DNA from: Treponemataceae bacterium
GTDB taxonomy: Bacteria; Spirochaetota; Spirochaetia; Treponematales; Rectinemataceae
DNA: 64,000 nt
Direction: 5' to 3'
Assembly (NCBI GenBank): GCA_963677895.2
Contig: CAXXGJ010000018.1
Coordinates: 160,001 to 224,000, forward strand
Under the pieces are notes generated by a model that saw only the letters and a list, made by a program, of their open reading frames with translations, ran no database searches and had not been told where the DNA came from. This document shows positions 59,436-64,000 of this stretch, in pieces. Made by a program: the position numbers and the translations under genes. Numbering within the stretch: position 1 is the first letter of the stretch; each line of letters opens with the position of its first letter.

Positions 59436-61545
59436 ATCTTCGGCGCACCTGGAGCTGCTCGGGCGGCGCCTCCGCTATTTCGGCCATGCGCTTTACCCTC
59501 TTGTAGAGCTGTTCCTGCGCCGAAACGGGTTTTTCGCCTTCCATGGGCTTTACCCCTTCCCAGGAACCGTCGGGAAGCATCCTGAAAGCATGGTCCGTAT
59601 CCTTGAAATAGGCAGCCATGATTTCCACGCAAACGCGCTGGAGGCGTTCGTCGATCACCGGGAACATCAATTCGATCCTCCGTTCCAGATTCCTCGGCAG
59701 GCAGTCGGCGCTGGATAGATAGACCTCATCGAGGCCGCCGTTGCGGAAATGGAAGATGCGCGAGTGCTCGAGATAGCGTCCGAGAATGCTTCTGACCTCG
59801 ATGGTCTCAGAGAGACCCGGAATGCCGGGCAGGAGGGTGCAGGCTCCCCGAACGTTCAGCCTGACGATCACGCCCGCGCGGGACGCCTTATAGAAAGCGT
59901 CGATTACGTCGGTATCGGCCAGGGCGTTCAGTTTTGCCTCGATTAGGCCGGGAGACTCGGGCGAGGAGCGCTGGATCTCCCTGTCGATCAAGGAAAGTAT
60001 CCGCTTTTTCAGATCAAAAGGCGCCACGGCCAGATGGGTGAGGGGCTGGATGGTGGAATAGCCGGTGAGCATGTTGAAAAGCGCCGAGGCTTCCCTGCAG
60101 AGATCATCGTTGGCGGTGAAAATCGAAAGGTCGGAGTAGCCCCTGGCTGTCTTTTCGTTATAGTTGCCGGTCGAGAGATGGAGATACTTGTGGATCGCTC
60201 CGTCCTTGGTTCTGCGGATCGCGAGGGCTACCTTGGCATGCACCTTCAGTTTTGCCACGCCATAGGTGACGATGGCCCCGGCCTGTTCGAGCGTGGATGC
60301 CCAGGTTATATTCCTCTCTTCGTCGAAACGCGCCTTGAGTTCCACGACGACGGCCACTTGTTTTCCGTTTCGCGCCGCCCGAATAAGTGCCTTAACTACG
60401 GGAGAATCGCCCGAGGTCCTGTACAGCGTCATTTTTATGGCGAGAACGGTGGGATCGTCGGCCGCTTCGTCCAGGAAACGCTGGATCGCCCCGAACGATT
60501 CATAGGGCACATGGATAAGCCTGTCTCCGCTGTCGATTTCATCCCAGACGCTCGCCCCTTCCGGGCCGGGGAGGACGACAGGGGACCAAACCTTGTCTCT
60601 CAGCTTGGAGTTGGTCCTTCGATGGCTCTTTTCCTCGATGGAAGCCAGGTCGTAGAAACCCGCAAGATCTATGGGACCGCCCAATCGATAGGTGTCTATT
60701 TCGCCAAGCCCAAGACCTTTCTGGAGGATCGCGACGAGGGCGGCCGCCTTGCCGGAGACGCTGAGTCTCACCGGCGTGGAGTTCTGGCGCCCGGCCAGAA
60801 CTTCCTCCATGGCTGCCAGAAAATCCTCCTGCCTGTCCTCGTCGACGCCCGAATCGGCGTCCCTCGTCACCTTGAAGACAAGGGAGCTGTTGACCTTGTG
60901 TCCGGGGAATAGCCTGGAAGCGTAGCTCGTGATGAGGTCTTCGATGAGGGTGAATCGGAAAATATCCGGATTGTCCTCATCCTGTTTGGGAAGCGGTATG
61001 AACCGGCCTGAGTTCTTGGGCACCTGGGCTATTGCGTAGACCTTGTCGCTGCTTTCCGTCTCGAGCTCGAAGGCGCATTGGAGCTGGAGATTGCCAGTCG
61101 AGGGGAATACGTCCTCCTCGATGCGCAAAGGGGTGATGAGGGGGAATACCTGTTCGTTGAAATAGCCTTCGAGATAACGCTTTTCGCCCAAACTCCAGCG
61201 CCTGGGAGGAACGATTTCCATTCCCTCCGCCGCGAGTCCCGGCAGGACACGCTCGGCCAGGCACTTGTACTGAATGCCGACCAGCTCCTTCACGCGGGCT
61301 GAAACCATGGCGAGCAGCTGCTCGGGGGTGGCGCCCGAGGCATCCAGGCTGTGGTCTCCCCGGCCGATCGCGGCCTTGAGGCCGGCCACCCGGACCATGA
61401 AGAACTCGTCGAAGTTGGAAGTCACGATGCCGAGGAACTTGAGGCGCTCGAGGAGGGGCACCGAATCCTTCAGCGCCACCTGGAGGACTCGGGCGTTGAA
61501 CTCGATCCACGAAAGTTCGCGGTTCAGTACGGGATAATCGCTCAT
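59422..61545 (-). CDS. ppk1: Polyphosphate kinase 1
   Basis: NRELSWIEFN, NFDEFFMVRV, ELKARFDE, KVHAK and RYLEHSR motifs. Confidence 0.96.
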   Translation of the reverse strand: MSDYPVLNRELSWIEFNARVLQVALKDSVPLLERLKFLGIVTSNFDEFFMVRVAGLKAAIGRGDHSLDASGATPEQLLAMVSARVKELVGIQYKCLAERVLPGLAAEGMEIVPPRRWSLGEKRYLEGYFNEQVFPLITPLRIEEDVFPSTGNLQLQCAFELETESSDKVYAIAQVPKNSGRFIPLPKQDEDNPDIFRFTLIEDLITSYASRLFPGHKVNSSLVFKVTRDADSGVDEDRQEDFLAAMEEVLAGRQNSTPVRLSVSGKAAALVAILQKGLGLGEIDTYRLGGPIDLAGFYDLASIEEKSHRRTNSKLRDKVWSPVVLPGPEGASVWDEIDSGDRLIHVPYESFGAIQRFLDEAADDPTVLAIKMTLYRTSGDSPVVKALIRAARNGKQVAVVVELKARFDEERNITWASTLEQAGAIVTYGVAKLKVHAKVALAIRRTKDGAIHKYLHLSTGNYNEKTARGYSDLSIFTANDDLCREASALFNMLTGYSTIQPLTHLAVAPFDLKKRILSLIDREIQRSSPESPGLIEAKLNALADTDVIDAFYKASRAGVIVRLNVRGACTLLPGIPGLSETIEVRSILGRYLEHSRIFHFRNGGLDEVYLSSADCLPRNLERRIELMFPVIDERLQRVCVEIMAAYFKDTDHAFRMLPDGSWEGVKPMEGEKPVSAQEQLYKRVKRMAEIAEAPPEQLQVRRRFKSS

Positions 61546-61552
61546 GGCTGCC

Positions 61553-63139
61553 TCATAGTACTGTCGGTACCAGACCGAAAACATCCTCGAACAAATCTCC
61601 CTTGTCGGCAAGCGATAGTCTTTCGAGCGAGAAGTCGAGGTTCCGAGTCGAACGGATCAGGAATTTGTCGCTGCCCTTCTCGAAGGAAGCGTCGATCATT
61701 CTTCCCGAATGATTCCTGTCCAGCGCGTCGGCCACGCGCAGTATGGCCGAAAGCTTCATAACGACGATCCTGTCCTCCCTCGGGAGGGAAATGTAGTTCA
61801 CATGGGTGGGGGCGGGGGGCGAACGCCGGTGATAGCGCACCACGTTGGATATGATATTGATGTCGCTCCGGTTGAGGCCGAAGATTTCCGAGTTGGACAC
61901 GATATACTCCCCGTGCTTGTTATGGCCCGAGGCCCTTATATAGGTTCCGATATCGTGCAGGATGGCCGCGGTTTCCAGGAGAAGTCTTTCATGGTAGCCC
62001 AGCCCGTGTTCGTTCGAGAGCGAATCGAAAATGGCGAGGCAGAGAATGCTCACACTTCGGGCATGGGCTTCGTCGTAGCGGAAGCGCTTGCCGAGAGCGC
62101 GGGCCGAGGCCAGGACCTGCTGCTTCAGCTCTTCTTCCACGGCCGGGTCCAGACCTCGCACCTCGGCGAGGAGCAGCCCCTCCCTGATGGACACGTTGGG
62201 GACTATCACCTGGCTGGCCCCCGTCCTGGCGAGGAAAAGTGACTCGATGGCGAGCCCTGAGGAGAGCCCTTCCGCCTCCGCCCAAGGCAGATGATACGTG
62301 GCTATGCATTCTTCGATCGATAGTTTCGATATGGATTCGGCGAAGGCGATGAAATCTTCCCTGCCCAATATGGAATAAGCGCCGAGGTTTTGCCCCGAGA
62401 CGCAGTATGCCGCGAACCGCGCGTCGGAACCGATCACGATGAAGGAATTGATCGACTCAAGCGGCATATACTCGGCCATCAGGTCGCAGGCGGTGCGGAT
62501 ATTGCCTTCCAGAAACTCCTGGAGATAGTTTTTCGAAGCGCCCGCCTCGCGCATCTGCTCATCCAACCTCAAGGTACCAATATGGAGGCTGTGGCTGGAC
62601 ATCATCTTTCCGTGCTTGAGGAGCATGATCTCCGTCGTGCCCCCGCCTACTTCCAGAATCATAGAATTCGAACGGGACAGTATTTTCCGCTCGTCCTGGA
62701 GGGCCTGCTGGACGGCCAGATACATGAGGTGGTTTTCCTCGATATCCTCGACGATCCTTATCTTGAAGCCTGTCTGGAGGGCCACTCTATCGATGAAGGT
62801 ATCCCTGTTCGAAGCCTCCCTGAGAGCGCTCGTCGCAATCACTTTGGTCTCGTCGGGGGAAATGCCGTAGCCGTGGAGAAGTTCGCGATACGACGCCAGG
62901 ACGGCTATGCTTTCGCGGATGGCTTCCCTGCCGATATTGCCCTGCGTGAACACGTCGCGGCCTATCCTGCTGGGCTTGCCCGCCCTGTCGAGAACCTTGA
63001 TGCCGCCTGTGGCTTCTATCGAGGCAATAAGCAAACGTATCCCGGTGGATCCAATTTCCATGGCGGCTACCGGATTCGCGGCGGGGACGGCTTTCGCTTC
63101 CTTCACGTGCCTTACTCCTTGGCTGGTCGATTCGGACAT
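61553..63139 (-). CDS. ppx: Ppx/GppA exopolyphosphatase with HD domain
   Basis: EIGSTGIR, ATSALREASN, EVGGGTTE, REGLL and LHDIG motifs; upstream of ppk1. Confidence 0.88.
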   Translation of the reverse strand: MSESTSQGVRHVKEAKAVPAANPVAAMEIGSTGIRLLIASIEATGGIKVLDRAGKPSRIGRDVFTQGNIGREAIRESIAVLASYRELLHGYGISPDETKVIATSALREASNRDTFIDRVALQTGFKIRIVEDIEENHLMYLAVQQALQDERKILSRSNSMILEVGGGTTEIMLLKHGKMMSSHSLHIGTLRLDEQMREAGASKNYLQEFLEGNIRTACDLMAEYMPLESINSFIVIGSDARFAAYCVSGQNLGAYSILGREDFIAFAESISKLSIEECIATYHLPWAEAEGLSSGLAIESLFLARTGASQVIVPNVSIREGLLLAEVRGLDPAVEEELKQQVLASARALGKRFRYDEAHARSVSILCLAIFDSLSNEHGLGYHERLLLETAAILHDIGTYIRASGHNKHGEYIVSNSEIFGLNRSDINIISNVVRYHRRSPPAPTHVNYISLPREDRIVVMKLSAILRVADALDRNHSGRMIDASFEKGSDKFLIRSTRNLDFSLERLSLADKGDLFEDVFGLVPTVL

Positions 63140-63220
63140 GATACCACATATACTTCATTTTGTGACCGCGCCAACTGCGCCTTTACCAAAAAGAGCCTCG
63201 CGGTGTACACTTTCCCCCGC

Positions 63221-64000
63221 ATGAACACAGGCACAAAATATCCATTTACGCGTACGACGCGACGCCGGACGCTGGCATTGCTCCTGGCCGCGATTCTTCT
63301 CGGCTTTTTCGCTTCCTGCTCGCCGCGCATCGGCTGGGGTGTCGTCCTCTGGACGGTCAAAGGCACGAGCGCCAAGGCTGGGACCATCGTACCCGTCTAC
63401 CTCAAATCGAATATCACCAAGGTTTACGTCATAGGCGTCGAGGGAGACAAGGCGGAAAGGCTTGAAGTGCCCTTATGGCAAATCGAAATGTTCGGATCGA
63501 GAAGCGCGGCCAGAAAACGCACGGCGCAGATGGCCGATCTCGCTTCCGTCTATATGATCGCCGCCCGGGACGGGCTTCCCGTGCGGGAATCGCCGTCCAA
63601 CGCCAACACCGTCAAGCGCGTGTACAGGCTCAGGGAAAACGAAATGGTCAAGGCGCTCAAGCGCGTCGACGGCGAGGCCCTCTATACCGGCTCAACGAAG
63701 CTGCCGGGCGACTGGTATGAAGTCCTCACCATGGATGGAACCAGGGGCTTTGTCTTCAGCTACACGATGCGGATGTTCGACGAGAGTACTGGAGACGCTC
63801 CCGCGCCCCAAAAGGCGCAGACCGATGCCGAGGCCATCAATGCCGTATTTTCACGGACCTGGCGTCCCGCCTGGTACGCTTCGATGATGGAAGAAGGCAT
63901 GGTGGATCTGGATCTTTTTTCGCTCCGCTTCGGACTCTTCGGCGATGCCATCAACAAACAGATCCGCGTCGAGTTGCCCGCGAATTCCAAGGTGTTTCAA
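63221..64000 (+). CDS. SH3b-domain lipoprotein, runs off the window end
   Basis: Manual translation: MNTGTK...LLGFFASC (lipobox) SPRIGWGVVLW...DGLPVRESP...RVYRLRENE...WYEVLTMDGTRGFVFS; no stop before 64000. Confidence 0.8.
   Translation, partial: MNTGTKYPFTRTTRRRTLALLLAAILLGFFASCSPRIGWGVVLWTVKGTSAKAGTIVPVYLKSNITKVYVIGVEGDKAERLEVPLWQIEMFGSRSAARKRTAQMADLASVYMIAARDGLPVRESPSNANTVKRVYRLRENEMVKALKRVDGEALYTGSTKLPGDWYEVLTMDGTRGFVFSYTMRMFDESTGDAPAPQKAQTDAEAINAVFSRTWRPAWYASMMEEGMVDLDLFSLRFGLFGDAINKQIRVELPANSKVFQ

Overview
A 64-kb bacterial chromosome segment, GC-rich by eye (about 60%), most likely from a free-living anaerobic spirochaete (Spirochaetota/Treponematales-like). This assignment is inferred from a stand-alone spdEF-G1-type fusA, a cyclophilin-FKBP lipoprotein, a degenerate YmdB and an SH3 lipoprotein. 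Most genes are housekeeping or metabolic: rhomboid, acyltransferase, GAF-GAF-HD-GYP, pruA, pstSCAB-phoU-phoB-phoR, tRNA-Ala(GGC), ilvN-ilvC-leuA-cimA-leuB-ilvB, azlCD, zwf-pgl, fusA, oppABCDF and ppx-ppk1. Two accessory catabolic modules stand out. The first is a GntR-controlled locus (4667-12866): a ThDP enzyme, a PLP aminotransferase and asd, divergent from a TAXI-TRAP transporter, with the same heptamer operator array in both promoters. The second is an AT-rich island of about 8.3 kb (22100-30420): LacI, an UlaG-like lactonase, a sugar ABC transporter and an unknown beta-rich protein, with no PTS or kinase. Other points of interest are a fusA leader with a slippery uORF, a frameshifted GH16 gene, a TCCAA repeat array upstream of an orphan pilin-like gene, and a 48-aa membrane protein gene missing from the ORF track. 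No CRISPR, integrase, transposase or rRNA was seen. All calls come from reading motifs; no database searches were run.
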